The notes beneath the pieces are model-generated. The model was given only the letters and a program-made list of their open reading frames with translations. It was not told the DNA's origin and searched no databases. A DNA stretch of 64,000 bases from Escherichia coli (GTDB lineage: Bacteria; Pseudomonadota; Gammaproteobacteria; Enterobacterales; Enterobacteriaceae): assembly GCF_041886205.1 (NCBI RefSeq), contig NZ_CP169029.1; one strand, given 5' to 3'. The position numbers and the translations under genes were made by a program. This document shows positions 11,647 to 23,320 of this stretch, piece by piece (positions within the stretch are counted from its first letter, which is position 1; each line of letters starts with the position of its first letter).

Positions 11647-12408
11647 ATGCAATTGAGCAGCAGTGAACCTTGCGTGGTGATCCTGACCGAAAAAGAGGTA
11701 GAGGTAAGCGTCAATAACCATGCTACGTTTACCCTTCCGAAAAACTACCTGGCCGCCTTCGCGTGCAACAATAACGTCATTGAACTCTCAACGTTAAATC
11801 ACGTATTAATCACCCACATCAACCGTAACATCATCAACGATTATCTGTTGTTTTTAAATAAGAACTTAACCTGTGTAAAGCCCTGGTCGCGGCTGGCTAC
11901 CCCGGTTATCGCTTGTCATAGCCGTACACCGGAAGTGTTCCGGCTAGCCGCCAACCACAGCAAGCAGCAACCCAGCAAACCCTGCGAAGCGGAGTTGACG
12001 CGCGCATTGCTTTTTACCGTATTGTCTAACTTTCTTGAGCAATCGCGGTTTATTGCCCTACTGATGTATATCTTACGCAGCAGCGTCCGCGACAGCGTCT
12101 GCCGCATTATTCAAAGCGATATTCAGCACTACTGGAATCTGCGAATTGTCGCCAGTTCGCTATGTTTAAGCCCCAGCCTGCTCAAAAAGAAATTAAAAAA
12201 CGAAAATACCAGCTATAGCCAGATTGTCACAGAGTGTCGTATGCGTTACGCCGTACAGATGTTATTGATGGATAACAAAAATATCACTCAGGTGGCGCAA
12301 TTATGTGGCTATAGCAGCACGTCGTACTTTATCTCTGTTTTTAAGGCGTTTTACGGCCTGACACCGTTGAATTATCTCGCCAAACAGCGACAAAAAGTGA
12401 TGTGGTGA
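11647..12408 (+). CDS. envY: AraC-family transcriptional regulator EnvY
   Basis: 253-aa ORF with C-terminal AraC-type HTH (…ITQVAQLCGYSSTSYFISVFKAFYGLTP…). Confidence 0.75.
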   Translation: MQLSSSEPCVVILTEKEVEVSVNNHATFTLPKNYLAAFACNNNVIELSTLNHVLITHINRNIINDYLLFLNKNLTCVKPWSRLATPVIACHSRTPEVFRLAANHSKQQPSKPCEAELTRALLFTVLSNFLEQSRFIALLMYILRSSVRDSVCRIIQSDIQHYWNLRIVASSLCLSPSLLKKKLKNENTSYSQIVTECRMRYAVQMLLMDNKNITQVAQLCGYSSTSYFISVFKAFYGLTPLNYLAKQRQKVMW

Positions 12409-12453
12409 AGGGCAAAGCGGAAACGGATAAGACGGGCATAAATGAAGAAGAAA

Positions 12454-12530
12454 TGGCGCGCCCTGCAGGATTCGAACCTGCGGCCCACGACTTAGAAGGT
12501 CGTTGCTCTATCCAACTGAGCTAAGGGCGC
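12454..12530 (-). tRNA. argU: tRNA-Arg (anticodon UCU)
   Basis: Minus-strand 77-nt sequence GCGCCCTTAGCTCAGTTGGATAGAGCAACGACCTTCTAAGTCGTGGGCCGCAGGTTCGAATCCTGCAGGGCGCGCCA with cloverleaf, UCU anticodon and encoded CCA. Confidence 0.9.
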
Positions 12531-12561
12531 GTTGATACCGCAATGCGGTGTAATCGCGTGA

Positions 12562-12589
12562 ATTATACGGTCAACCCTTGCTGAGTCAA
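12562..12589 (-). promoter_or_regulatory. Candidate sigma70 promoter for argU
   Basis: On the minus strand: TTGACT, 16-nt spacer, TATAAT, about 30 nt upstream of the tRNA 5' end. Confidence 0.45.
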
Positions 12590-12772
12590 TGGCTTTTGAT
12601 CTGGTTGCTGAACAAGTGAACGACCGCGTCTGATTTTCTGATTTATTTCGCTATAGCGGCAAACAAACACACACCGCTGCGCGTCTGAATCAAGAAAACC
12701 CGTATTTTCATGTATCAAAGTACAATTTACCGCCCTAACGGAAAATTGTCCGCTCCTATGAGACTGGTAACT

Positions 12773-13405
12773 ATGAAACCAACGTCGGTGATCATTATGG
12801 ATACTCATCCTATCATCAGAATGTCTATTGAAGTTCTGTTGCAAAAAAACAGTGAATTGCAGATTGTCCTGAAAACGGATGATTACCGCATAACCATCGA
12901 TTATCTCCGAACCCGTCCTGTTGATTTAATCATTATGGATATAGACTTGCCCGGAACAGACGGTTTTACCTTCCTGAAAAGGATCAAACAAATCCAGAGC
13001 ACAGTGAAAGTGTTATTTTTATCATCGAAATCAGAATGCTTTTATGCTGGCAGAGCGATACAAGCTGGTGCTAACGGTTTTGTCAGTAAATGCAATGATC
13101 AGAATGATATTTTTCATGCCGTTCAGATGATCCTCTCCGGATACACGTTTTTTCCCAGCGAAACGCTTAACTATATAAAAAGCAATAAATGTAGTACGAA
13201 TAGTTCAACGGTCACTGTGCTATCTAATCGTGAAGTGACCATATTACGTTATCTGGTTAGCGGATTATCTAATAAAGAAATTGCCGATAAGTTATTACTT
13301 AGCAATAAAACAGTTAGTGCGCATAAATCTAATATTTATGGCAAACTAGGTTTGCATTCAATTGTAGAGCTTATCGACTACGCCAAATTATACGAATTAA
13401 TATAA
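12773..13405 (+). CDS. fimZ: LuxR/NarL-family response regulator FimZ
   Basis: ORF 12710..13405; internal start at 12773 gives MKPTSVIIMDTHPII, 210 aa, receiver domain plus LuxR HTH. Confidence 0.8.
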   Translation: MKPTSVIIMDTHPIIRMSIEVLLQKNSELQIVLKTDDYRITIDYLRTRPVDLIIMDIDLPGTDGFTFLKRIKQIQSTVKVLFLSSKSECFYAGRAIQAGANGFVSKCNDQNDIFHAVQMILSGYTFFPSETLNYIKSNKCSTNSSTVTVLSNREVTILRYLVSGLSNKEIADKLLLSNKTVSAHKSNIYGKLGLHSIVELIDYAKLYELI

Positions 13406-13407
13406 TA

Positions 13408-13923
13408 TTAATTATAATTGATCATAAAAATCGCATCCGCTTTCGCCACACCTGGCTGAACACCGCTGGCTAACGCTCGATAATTGGCAAAAAAGTTTAG
13501 TGTGACATTGCCATTTGCATCTACTTCCTCAGTCGGGCTCGCCGCTCCCAGTGCGAGCCGGGAGCGATCGCTATTACGTAATTCGATGGCGACGGTTTGT
13601 GCCATTGCGGGATCATCCAGAGCCAGCAAGTTGGCATCGGATGCCGGCGTTCCCGTAAATAAAATCGCAACTGAACCCGGAGGACATCCCTCCAGCCGCA
13701 GGCTAAAAGGGACGAGTGCCGTGGTATCGCCAGCGTTCAGTAATTGTGTCGTAGGCCATCTGCCTAAATCTACCGTCTTATCAATATCCGCAGTGTTTAC
13801 GGTACAGGAGAAATCAACAACGTTACCGTGCAAATTGATATTAATCGTTCCCAAAGGGTCAGCTGCCCATCCACTGGAACTCCACAGTAACCCGCAGAAA
13901 CAGCTAAAGAGTACTCTTCTCAT
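13408..13923 (-). CDS. sfmF: Fimbrial minor subunit SfmF
   Basis: ORF 13408..14118; internal start at 13923 gives MRRVLFSCFCGLLWSSSGWA signal peptide and a 171-aa fimbrial-subunit fold; convergent with fimZ. Confidence 0.75.
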   Translation of the reverse strand: MRRVLFSCFCGLLWSSSGWAADPLGTININLHGNVVDFSCTVNTADIDKTVDLGRWPTTQLLNAGDTTALVPFSLRLEGCPPGSVAILFTGTPASDANLLALDDPAMAQTVAIELRNSDRSRLALGAASPTEEVDANGNVTLNFFANYRALASGVQPGVAKADAIFMINYN

Positions 13924-13933
13924 TTTCCGTACC

Positions 13934-14941
13934 TCATTGATAATCGACGCGTAAATACCCCAGCGCGCTAAACGGCCCTTCGGTCGGTTTTTGACCGGTA
14001 ATACTGATAGGCCAGGCGCGAAGTGTGACATTGGCTGCCGCAGCTGCATCCAGACGGAAAGGAATAACGCTATTGAGATCGTTAGGCGTGATCGGCGTAT
14101 CGTTCTGATCGGCGACAATAAAACCTAAATCCTGATTGTCCGACACCATCGCCTGACCAGAAACGGCACTGGCTTCCAGACGCATTGTTAAATAAGCCTG
14201 CGCAGCAACATTCGTACATTTGACCGCAATGCTCTTGGTTTGCGGCATGACACCAGCAGGCCGATTACCCGGCCCTGCCGCACTAAATAACGATGCGCCG
14301 ATATCACCAAAATCAAATTCAACAATCTGCCCGGCATTTAATTCGCAGTTTTGCGGTACTTCAACCCGGCCACCAAAACTAATGGTATAAACAGGTGTAA
14401 CCAACGGATCGTAAGGCGTTGATGTCACATACACGGTAAACATCACCTGTCTGGGGATCTCCACCATGTTAATAAAGGGACGAATAACCTTTAAACGAAA
14501 TATTAAACGAGAATCCATCACCCCGAATGGAAGGTTTTGTGAAACGTTAGGATCTGTTCCCATCCGAATATAATTTTGCGGGGGGAACTGAATATCCATC
14601 ACACTATCAACCAGACTCATCGCACCTAATAGATAATCATTTAATTGCATATATTTATAATTATCGATAGTTTCCTGAACAATAAAGTTGGTGACATAAC
14701 TACGGTATGTATAATTCACCAGCGTGCCGGGTGGACAAATTGCTGAGACACCTACCCAGCCGGATTTTTCCGGTAAAACAACAATCTGCCCTGGCTGGTT
14801 ATTGGTGCTATTAAAGATATTTGAAAGATCATAGTGTTCATCTTCTGCTACGCCAGTACTATTTGCACAAACAGTAGCCCAGGATATGTTTGCCAGACAC
14901 AAACATGCCATCGCCAATAATAATCTGCAGATTATCTTCAT
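13934..14941 (-). CDS. sfmH: Fimbrial adhesin-like subunit SfmH
   Basis: 335-aa ORF with signal peptide, FimH-like two-domain length; true start may lie a few codons downstream. Confidence 0.75.
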   Translation of the reverse strand: MKIICRLLLAMACLCLANISWATVCANSTGVAEDEHYDLSNIFNSTNNQPGQIVVLPEKSGWVGVSAICPPGTLVNYTYRSYVTNFIVQETIDNYKYMQLNDYLLGAMSLVDSVMDIQFPPQNYIRMGTDPNVSQNLPFGVMDSRLIFRLKVIRPFINMVEIPRQVMFTVYVTSTPYDPLVTPVYTISFGGRVEVPQNCELNAGQIVEFDFGDIGASLFSAAGPGNRPAGVMPQTKSIAVKCTNVAAQAYLTMRLEASAVSGQAMVSDNQDLGFIVADQNDTPITPNDLNSVIPFRLDAAAAANVTLRAWPISITGQKPTEGPFSALGYLRVDYQ

Positions 14942-14953
14942 TGATAATTTCCT

Positions 14954-17563
14954 TTATGAGCCAGGATGTGTGCAAACTGCCGAAATAACAGTGACGGCTT
15001 GCTGTAAGCTTTGCTTCGGCAATACATAGTGCGCAATGCAGCGTGAGTTCGCGCCGTCTCCCCACTGAACCAGTAATTCACCAGACAATGGCGCACCACT
15101 TAAATAAACTTGCCCGTCATCACCCACCATACTGGTTATTCCGGTACTGTTTTCCCGTACCAGTGATCCAAACGGCACCGGTTTTCCGCCCTGGGTAACG
15201 GTAATGAGCGCCCGCACGCCTATGCGGGTATCAAAATTGGCACGAACCAACGCGCCTTGCGTCGGCACAACGCTGCTAATATTTTTTTCAACATCGATGG
15301 AATTCCCCATCGTATTGGTATCAAGCGCGATACGGTTATACCGATAAACCGTGGCATACGGCATCACCGCATAGCCGCGCCAGTCAGTTAAAATGCCAGT
15401 TTGATTTTCAATGCGTACACCGCCTGCGCCAGGCGCTTTAATCAAAACATTGGTATCCCCTAAAGGCTGGCTCAGCGTTATGCCATTTTCGTGCCCGACC
15501 ACACCGCCAGACAGCTGCCAGTTAACGTCATGTTGATCACGGTCGTAGTTATACCCGACCCCCAGCGTACCGTAAGCGGCCTGCCAGTTTGCCGTGGCGC
15601 TGCCCGTATACCCATTATTCGAGGTATCACCCTGGCTTACGTGATAACTCAGGTTGTGGCCTTCCAGTAAGGTCCCACCTACACCTGCCAGCCAGCTATT
15701 TTGCCCGTTGCTGTTACGGTTGGCGTTAAAGGAGGCATAAGCGCGGTCGAGCGCATTTTCCCGGGTGTAGCGACGTTTGGTCAGAACATTGAAAGGCACT
15801 GAAACATTAAGTCCGACAATACGTTCGTTATCGGGGATCCCTACAGATTCATTCCACGAAAATGAGAGTGAATAACTGATGCCAACCCAGCTGCTGGTAT
15901 ACCCCACCTGATACCAGGTATCTGAATCCGAAGTATTCCAGTATTTTTGATGGGTACCAGAGATATAAAGCGAGCCAAAGTCATTAAGTGATTGTGAAAT
16001 ATTTAACTGCAAACGGTCTTTACGGCTAAAGCGTAAATTGTGGTAATTCACGATTATCGGTTCATCGCGATGCTCACCGTCGTAATCGTAATCATATTCG
16101 TACCCCTCCATTCGACGATACGCAACATCATCAAGGGTATAAAAACCTTGTGTCGAATAGCGGTAACCCATTAACTGAAAATTGGTGCCGAAGGTGTTCA
16201 TCGATTTCGCATAGAGGAAGCGAATGGAATCCCCCTCATGACGACTGTCGTCGGCTAACTGACTGCGCGCATGGGTCACATCCAGCGACACTGCGCCCCA
16301 GTTCCCGAGGTTGCGCCCCAGCCCTAATAAAAAGGCGGTGTAATTGGCAGATAATTGCGTCCCGCCGTAGGCAGTAAATTCCTGTGGTAAACCGCCGAGT
16401 GCCGTGCCCTGAAAAAAGAAAGGTGATGATTGCTGACTATTACCGCTACGAAAATCGCCCGCCGTCAGGTCAAATTTGAAACGCCCTTCGCGTTGTAAAA
16501 TCGGCACTGTTGAATACGGAATTGTGTAATTCTGCTGATTGCCATCGCGCTCGTCGATGGTGACATCCAGATCGCCATTTGAAGATGTCGGGTGCAAATC
16601 TGTAATTTCAAAAGCGCCGGGGGAAACATAGCTTTGATAGATAATAAAACCATTTTGCCGAATCGTTAGCTGGGCCGCCGTACGGGCAATCCCACGTACC
16701 GTTGGGGCAAATCCTTGCTGGCTATCAGGATACATATTATCGGAAGAATAAAGCCGTACACCACGAAATCCAACACCATCGAAAATATCACTTCCTGTAT
16801 TGCCGTCTCCCATTACCAGTTCACTTTTCAGCGGAATAATGGCGCGCTGTACCCAGGTGCCAATATTATTCCACTGTTCTGAATGATATCCATTTCCGCG
16901 AAAATAGTTCCAGGAACCATTGTTGCGTAAACGCCACGGGCCAATATTAATCCCGCTGAGTTCACTAAAAAAATAGCTATCGTTACCATTACCTCTGTTA
17001 CCGGTGAAATTATAATTCAGGAGTAAAGCAGGAATACCTTCATCCCACTCTTCAGGCGGAATGTAACCGTGAGCGCTACTCAACAACGCTATCTGAGGAA
17101 TAGTGATGTTCAGGCGCATCGCTGCAAAATCAAAGTTAATTGTGGCATCAGGTACAGCTTTCAGTAAATTGATGCATTTATTGTTTTGCTGCTGGGCTAA
17201 CTCGGGAAATGCACTGCTATTAAGGCCAATTCGTTCAAGGAGTACCTGGTTAAAACAGGGCATTAACCCACCTGATTTATCACCTGTATTTTCTGTTGTC
17301 GATTCAAATACGATATCCTGTGAACCAATGAACTCATCATTACGCCAGAGATCTACCCGATACACGCCCGCAGGTTGATGATTACCTCTCTCAAAGCGCG
17401 ATAAATCAGCAACGGATGTGCCATTCTCTAATAAAAATGCCGGGTTGAAATAACTTTCCGCATAGCTTAAAAAGGAGGGTAAAATGGCAAGAGATGAATA
17501 ACAAATTCCGGCCAGACACCAGGTATACCTCTGCGGAATATCCGTAGTAGTGGGTATTTTCAT
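14954..17563 (-). CDS. sfmD: Fimbrial outer-membrane usher SfmD
   Basis: 869-aa ORF of usher family size, located between chaperone and tip subunits. Confidence 0.85.
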   Translation of the reverse strand: MKIPTTTDIPQRYTWCLAGICYSSLAILPSFLSYAESYFNPAFLLENGTSVADLSRFERGNHQPAGVYRVDLWRNDEFIGSQDIVFESTTENTGDKSGGLMPCFNQVLLERIGLNSSAFPELAQQQNNKCINLLKAVPDATINFDFAAMRLNITIPQIALLSSAHGYIPPEEWDEGIPALLLNYNFTGNRGNGNDSYFFSELSGINIGPWRLRNNGSWNYFRGNGYHSEQWNNIGTWVQRAIIPLKSELVMGDGNTGSDIFDGVGFRGVRLYSSDNMYPDSQQGFAPTVRGIARTAAQLTIRQNGFIIYQSYVSPGAFEITDLHPTSSNGDLDVTIDERDGNQQNYTIPYSTVPILQREGRFKFDLTAGDFRSGNSQQSSPFFFQGTALGGLPQEFTAYGGTQLSANYTAFLLGLGRNLGNWGAVSLDVTHARSQLADDSRHEGDSIRFLYAKSMNTFGTNFQLMGYRYSTQGFYTLDDVAYRRMEGYEYDYDYDGEHRDEPIIVNYHNLRFSRKDRLQLNISQSLNDFGSLYISGTHQKYWNTSDSDTWYQVGYTSSWVGISYSLSFSWNESVGIPDNERIVGLNVSVPFNVLTKRRYTRENALDRAYASFNANRNSNGQNSWLAGVGGTLLEGHNLSYHVSQGDTSNNGYTGSATANWQAAYGTLGVGYNYDRDQHDVNWQLSGGVVGHENGITLSQPLGDTNVLIKAPGAGGVRIENQTGILTDWRGYAVMPYATVYRYNRIALDTNTMGNSIDVEKNISSVVPTQGALVRANFDTRIGVRALITVTQGGKPVPFGSLVRENSTGITSMVGDDGQVYLSGAPLSGELLVQWGDGANSRCIAHYVLPKQSLQQAVTVISAVCTHPGS

Positions 17564-17593
17564 AATTAGCTCTGATATTGTCAGATGATTCGG

Positions 17594-18286
17594 TTAGTTT
17601 AAGTTCACTTCTCTGACCGGGGTTACTGAACCATAATCATTAACGGTCTGAAATTTCAGCTTTCCCTGCACTCCTGAGGGTAAGGGAATTTGTGAATTAA
17701 CTCTGGGTGCAGCCATAGCATTCCCCAGTTTTTGGCTGCCCACTTGCAAGTTAACCAGGGTGACATAAAAAGGTGATGGATTATGAACATTGATATAGTT
17801 ACCGGATCGCGAAAACTTGAGTGTGTCCGGCGCTTCTGCGGGTAATTCTTGTAATTGAATTGGACGGAGAAATAACTTCATGCGCGATAAAATCGCCAGT
17901 TGCAAAACATTCCTGCCGTTCAATGCATTTTTATCTACCGAAGGGATCGTCTTAACATTCATCCAGAACAGAGACTCACGATCTGCCGCCAGCGGTGGAC
18001 CGGTGTAAATAATACGCAAAGTATTTTCGCTTTTGGGTTCACTAACAAACAGTGGCGGTGTAATGATGAATGACTTTTCTTTTACACCGCTGCTGTTTTC
18101 AATCCACGAATTGACCAGAAAGCGCTCATTGGTATGGCTATTTCTAATCCATACTGCAGTCTGTTTAGCATCAGCGGGATAAATAATACGCGTGGCACCT
18201 AATGCGATCCCTCCGGCAGCATGGGCGCTGGCCGAAATGATTAAATAAAATATAATGAGCATCAATAACTTTATTTTAGTCATCAT
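17594..18286 (-). CDS. sfmC: Periplasmic fimbrial chaperone SfmC
   Basis: 230-aa ORF with signal peptide and PapD-like chaperone motifs. Confidence 0.85.
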   Translation of the reverse strand: MMTKIKLLMLIIFYLIISASAHAAGGIALGATRIIYPADAKQTAVWIRNSHTNERFLVNSWIENSSGVKEKSFIITPPLFVSEPKSENTLRIIYTGPPLAADRESLFWMNVKTIPSVDKNALNGRNVLQLAILSRMKLFLRPIQLQELPAEAPDTLKFSRSGNYINVHNPSPFYVTLVNLQVGSQKLGNAMAAPRVNSQIPLPSGVQGKLKFQTVNDYGSVTPVREVNLN

Positions 18287-18505
18287 AGTTAATACGCCTT
18301 GTGTATTCCTGACGGCAAAAATAAGAAATATAAAGAAATGATTGCTTTGGTTTCTTACAACACATCATTCCCTTTTCATTTAATAAAGCGGCATGATACA
18401 AAGTGAACATGATTTCGATTTACATTGCCACCATACCGCTTCAGACAACCGGTACATTACTTTGTTATAAGACGTGATATATAATTCAAAACAACGTGGT
18501 TTTGA

Positions 18506-19048
18506 TTATTCGTATCTCATAATAAAAGTCGCGTCAGCATTTGCTTGCCCTGCTGATGCACTTGTACCGGTGCCTTTATAACGTGCAGAAAAATGAAGAA
18601 CGTTGGTCCCGGGGATCAAGTTCTGGTTGGTTGAGAAGCTATTCCCATCAGGTTTGAGAATTGCGGATGTATTATCAAGTATTTCAATACCGACACCCGT
18701 TGCTGTTGTTGTATTGGTACTGGATGCAATGGCCAATAAATTATCATTGATTGCATCAGCCTGACCAGAAAATGCAACGGCAGCATTAGCGGCAACAACA
18801 GGATCGCAGTCGTTCAACTGAATGGTGAATGGAATTAATGCAGAGGTATTACCAACAGCATTGAAAATATCGGTACGATATTGACCGAGTGTGACAACCT
18901 GGTCTACCGAGTCAGTATTCACTGAACAGGCAGCATTCACCAGTTCGCCTTCAAAGTGAATTGTACCGCCATCTACAACGGCAGCATAACTACCCGTAGC
19001 GGCGAATAGTGCGGCAGCCAGCGCAGACGAAATAAATCTTAATTTCAT
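18506..19048 (-). CDS. sfmA: Fimbrial major subunit SfmA
   Basis: ORF 18506..19081; internal start at 19048 gives [22 protein letters not shown] signal peptide and about 180 aa. Confidence 0.8.
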   Translation of the reverse strand: MKLRFISSALAAALFAATGSYAAVVDGGTIHFEGELVNAACSVNTDSVDQVVTLGQYRTDIFNAVGNTSALIPFTIQLNDCDPVVAANAAVAFSGQADAINDNLLAIASSTNTTTATGVGIEILDNTSAILKPDGNSFSTNQNLIPGTNVLHFSARYKGTGTSASAGQANADATFIMRYE

Positions 19049-19519
19049 ATATATTCCTTCAATCTCATTTATCGACTCCACATCCGTATATAACCGATTA
19101 CTTTATTTAAGACACTGATAGTAGTAAAATTCCTTTTTATCCTCTAAGAATGTCTTAATTGAAAATATGCACTCTATTCTAAAAAATAGAGAGCCCCGTT
19201 AGATGAATACTTCCGCGCAAAATATATTCAACACAAATATAGACCTGAAGCGGTAAATTACCAGGCTGAAAATTCTTTTTATATTGTCAGGTATTTCTTA
19301 AATTATCTTAATCCTTAAACAAGGAAATAAATCAGTTCCAGATTTACAACGCCATCATGGACGAAAAATGAAGCTTTCAATCTCAGCGACGGTGCGCCTC
19401 ACCTTCGCAAGAGGTCGCTTCACGCGATAAATCTGAAACGAAACCTGACAGCGCGCCCCGCTTCTGACAAAATAGGCGCATCCCCTTCGACCTACGTAAC
19501 AGATGGAATCCTCTCTCTG

Positions 19520-20386
19520 ATGGCAGCAAAGATTATTGACGGTAAAACGATTGCGCAGCAGGTGCGCTCTGAAGTTGCTCAAAAAGTTCAGGCGCGTATT
19601 GCAGCCGGACTGCGGGCACCAGGACTGGCCGTTGTGCTGGTGGGTAGTAACCCTGCATCGCAAATTTATGTCGCAAGCAAACGCAAGGCTTGTGAAGAAG
19701 TCGGGTTCGTCTCCCGCTCTTATGACCTCCCGGAAACCACCAGCGAAGCGGAGCTGTTGGAGCTTATCGATGCGCTGAATGCCGACAACACCATCGATGG
19801 CATTCTGGTTCAACTGCCGTTACCGGCGGGTATTGATAACGTCAAAGTGCTGGAACGTATTCATCCGGACAAAGACGTGGACGGTTTCCATCCTTACAAC
19901 GTCGGTCGTCTGTGCCAGCGCGCGCCGCGTCTGCGTCCCTGCACCCCGCGCGGTATCGTCACGCTGCTTGAGCGTTACAACATTGATACCTTCGGCCTCA
20001 ACGCCGTGGTGATTGGCGCATCGAATATCGTTGGCCGCCCGATGAGCATGGAACTGCTGCTGGCAGGTTGCACCACTACCGTTACCCACCGTTTCACTAA
20101 AAATCTGCGTCACCACGTAGAAAATGCCGATCTACTGATCGTTGCCGTCGGCAAGCCGGGCTTTATTCCTGGTGACTGGATCAAAGAAGGCGCAATTGTG
20201 ATTGATGTTGGCATCAACCGTCTGGAAAATGGCAAAGTTGTGGGCGACGTCGTGTTTGAAGACGCGGCTAAACGCGCCTCATACATTACGCCTGTTCCCG
20301 GCGGCGTTGGCCCGATGACGGTTGCCACGCTGATTGAAAACACGCTACAGGCGTGCGTTGAATATCATGATCCACAGGATGAGTAA
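19520..20386 (+). CDS. folD: Bifunctional methylene-THF dehydrogenase/methenyl-THF cyclohydrolase FolD
   Basis: 288-aa ORF beginning [19 protein letters not shown] with conserved FolD motifs. Confidence 0.95.
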
Positions 20387-20387
20387 C

Positions 20388-20600
20388 ATGGCGACATTTT
20401 CTTTAGGTAAACATCCGCACGTTGAGCTGTGCGACTTGCTGAAACTGGAAGGCTGGAGCGAAAGCGGCGCGCAGGCGAAAATCGCGATTGCCGAAGGCCA
20501 GGTGAAAGTCGACGGCGCGGTTGAAACGCGCAAACGCTGCAAAATCGTCGCCGGTCAGACAGTGAGTTTTGCAGGTCACAGCGTACAGGTTGTTGCCTGA
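20388..20600 (+). CDS. ybcJ: S4-domain RNA-binding protein YbcJ
   Basis: ORF 20334..20600; internal start at 20388 gives the 70-aa MATFSLGKHPHVELCDLLKLEGW... product directly after folD. Confidence 0.75.
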   Translation: MATFSLGKHPHVELCDLLKLEGWSESGAQAKIAIAEGQVKVDGAVETRKRCKIVAGQTVSFAGHSVQVVA

Positions 20601-20603
20601 TCC

Positions 20604-20640
20604 CTTTCCCGGCCTGTATCAACAGGCCGGTTCTCTTTTC
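20604..20640 (+). terminator. Intrinsic terminator after ybcJ
   Basis: Hairpin CCGGCCTG-TATCAA-CAGGCCGG followed by a T-rich tract. Confidence 0.5.
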
Positions 20641-20707
20641 AGATTTTTGCCCTCTACGCCCCGTTCATCCATGCTGATAGCATCGACATTTTGCCGAAGC
20701 GACCATC

Positions 20708-21229
20708 ATGCCAACCGTTATTACGCACGCCGCCGTTCCCCTATGCATTGGTTTAGGGTTGGGTTCGAAAGTCATCCCTCCGCGTCTGTTATTTGCCGGA
20801 ATCATCCTGGCGATGCTGCCCGACGCCGACGTATTGTCGTTTAAATTTGGCGTTGCTTACGGCAATGTTTTTGGTCATCGCGGGTTTACCCATTCGCTGG
20901 TGTTTGCGTTTGTTGTCCCGCTGTTATGTGTGTTTATTGGACGCCGATGGTTCAGGGCTGGGCTGATTCGCTGCTGGCTGTTTTTAACCGTCTCGTTGCT
21001 ATCGCACAGCTTGCTGGATTCGGTAACCACTGGCGGTAAAGGCGTTGGCTGGCTGTGGCCGTGGTCAGATGAACGCTTTTTCGCTCCCTGGCAGGTGATA
21101 AAAGTCGCGCCGTTTGCATTGTCTCGTTACACCACGCCGTACGGGCATCAGGTGATTATTTCTGAATTGATGTGGGTGTGGTTGCCGGGGATGCTACTGA
21201 TGGGAATGTTGTGGTGGCGCAGACGATAA
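20708..21229 (+). CDS. ybcI: Inner membrane protein YbcI (DUF457 family)
   Basis: 173-aa hydrophobic ORF; convergent with cysS, with a hairpin between them. Confidence 0.7.
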   Translation: MPTVITHAAVPLCIGLGLGSKVIPPRLLFAGIILAMLPDADVLSFKFGVAYGNVFGHRGFTHSLVFAFVVPLLCVFIGRRWFRAGLIRCWLFLTVSLLSHSLLDSVTTGGKGVGWLWPWSDERFFAPWQVIKVAPFALSRYTTPYGHQVIISELMWVWLPGMLLMGMLWWRRR

Positions 21230-21264
21230 CCGGATGCGAAAACTCGCATCCGGCAATAGCGCAA

Positions 21265-22650
21265 TTACTTACGACGCCAGGTGGTCCCTTGCGGGCCATC
21301 TTCCAGCACGATCCCCATCTCGTTAAGACGATCACGCGCCGCATCCGCCGCCGCCCAGTCTTTCGCTTTACGGGCATCCAGACGCTGTTGAATTAACGCT
21401 TCAATCTCAGCCACTTCGCTGTCGTCTGCCTGCGCGCCGCTTTGCAGGAACGCTTCCGGTTCTTGCTCCAGCAGGCCCAATACAGCGGAAAGTTTACGCA
21501 GGTGAGATGCCATTGCATTCGCCGCTGCCATATCTTCTGCTTTCAGACGGTTTACTTCACGCGCCATATCAAACAGTACGGAATAGGCTTCCGGGGTGTT
21601 GAAATCGTCGTCCATCGCTTCAATAAAGCGCGCTTCAAACGCTTCGCCACCGGCAGGCGCAACGGTTTTATCTGTGCCGCGCAGCGCAGTGTAGAGACGC
21701 TCCAGCGCCGCACGCGCCTGCTTCAGGTTCTCTTCGCTGTAGTTCAACTGGCTGCGATAGTGGCCCGACATCAGGAAGTAACGCACGGTTTCCGCGTCGT
21801 AGTATTTCAGCACATCGCGCACGGTAAAGAAGTTACCCAGCGATTTGGACATCTTCTCGCGGTCAACCATCACCATTCCGGAGTGCATCCAGTAGTTCAC
21901 ATACTGACCATCATGGGCACAGGTGGACTGCGCGATTTCGTTCTCGTGGTGCGGGAACATCAGGTCTGAACCGCCGCCGTGGATATCAAAGTGGTTACCC
22001 AGCTGCTTGCAGTTCATGGCCGAACATTCAATGTGCCAGCCAGGACGACCCGCGCCCCACGGAGACGGCCAGCTCGGTTCGCCCTCTTTCGACATCTTCC
22101 ACAGAACGAAGTCCATCGGGTTGCGTTTGTCATCAACCACGTCAACGCGCGCGCCAGCCTGCAGCTGGTCGAGATCCTGACGCGACAGCACGCCATAAGT
22201 TGGATCGGTCGGGACGTCAAACATCACGTCGCCGTTGTCCGCCACATAAGCGTGACCTTTGGCGATCAGTTGTTCAGTGAGTTCAATAATTTCTGCGATA
22301 TGGTGCGTCGCGCGCGGCTCCATATCCGGGCGCAGAATGTTCAAAGCATCAAAATCTTTGTGCATTTCGGCGATCATGCGATCCACCAGCGCCACAAAGC
22401 TTTCGCCATTTTCATTGGCGCGTTTGATGATTTTGTCGTCGATATCGGTAATGTTGCGCACATACTTCAGTTTATAGCCGAGGAAACGCAGATAGCGCGC
22501 AACCACGTCAAAAGCAACAAAGGTACGCCCGTGACCGATATGACAGAGATCGTAAACGGTGATTCCACACACGTACATGCCGACTTCCCCGGCGTGAATA
22601 GGCTTAAATTCCTCTTTTTGGCGTGTCAGAGTATTGAAGATTTTTAGCAT
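21265..22650 (-). CDS. cysS: Cysteine--tRNA ligase
   Basis: 461-aa ORF with class I aaRS HIGH (HIGHGR) and KMSKS motifs. Confidence 0.95.
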
Positions 22651-22823
22651 CGAAGATTCCGTTTAGACATGTGTGGGTAATTGAGTTGCGTATAATACCC
22701 ATATTTCCCGCGCGAATCAGCATACATTGCGTGATGATCCGATCGTGCGGTTATGCTATAACACCACCCTATATATGACCCGAACTGGGTTGAAGCACCA
22801 ATCAAACGGAACAGGATGCAAAA

Positions 22824-23318
22824 ATGGTTACTTTCCACACCAATCACGGCGATATTGTCATCAAAACTTTTGACGATAAAGCACCTGAAACAGTTAAAAA
22901 CTTCCTGGACTACTGCCGCGAAGGTTTTTACAACAACACCATTTTCCACCGTGTTATCAACGGCTTTATGATTCAGGGCGGCGGTTTTGAACCGGGCATG
23001 AAACAAAAAGCCACCAAAGAACCGATCAAAAACGAAGCCAACAACGGCCTGAAAAATACCCGTGGTACGCTGGCAATGGCACGTACTCAGGCTCCGCACT
23101 CTGCAACTGCACAGTTCTTCATCAACGTGGTTGATAACGACTTCCTGAACTTCTCTGGCGAAAGCCTGCAAGGTTGGGGCTACTGCGTGTTTGCTGAAGT
23201 GGTTGACGGCATGGACGTGGTAGACAAAATCAAAGGTGTTGCAACCGGTCGTAGCGGTATGCACCAGGACGTGCCAAAAGAAGACGTTATCATTGAAAGC
23301 GTGACCGTTAGCGAGTAA
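22824..23318 (+). CDS. ppiB: Peptidyl-prolyl cis-trans isomerase B (cyclophilin)
   Basis: 164-aa [30 protein letters not shown]..., cyclophilin fold. Confidence 0.95.
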   Translation: MVTFHTNHGDIVIKTFDDKAPETVKNFLDYCREGFYNNTIFHRVINGFMIQGGGFEPGMKQKATKEPIKNEANNGLKNTRGTLAMARTQAPHSATAQFFINVVDNDFLNFSGESLQGWGYCVFAEVVDGMDVVDKIKGVATGRSGMHQDVPKEDVIIESVTVSE

Positions 23319-23320
23319 TC

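Noticed and set aside
12409-12560. Prophage or integrase remnant at the argU tRNA.
   Set aside because: No integrase-like ORF or phage gene lies within several kb on either side; the tRNA is flanked directly by envY and fimZ.
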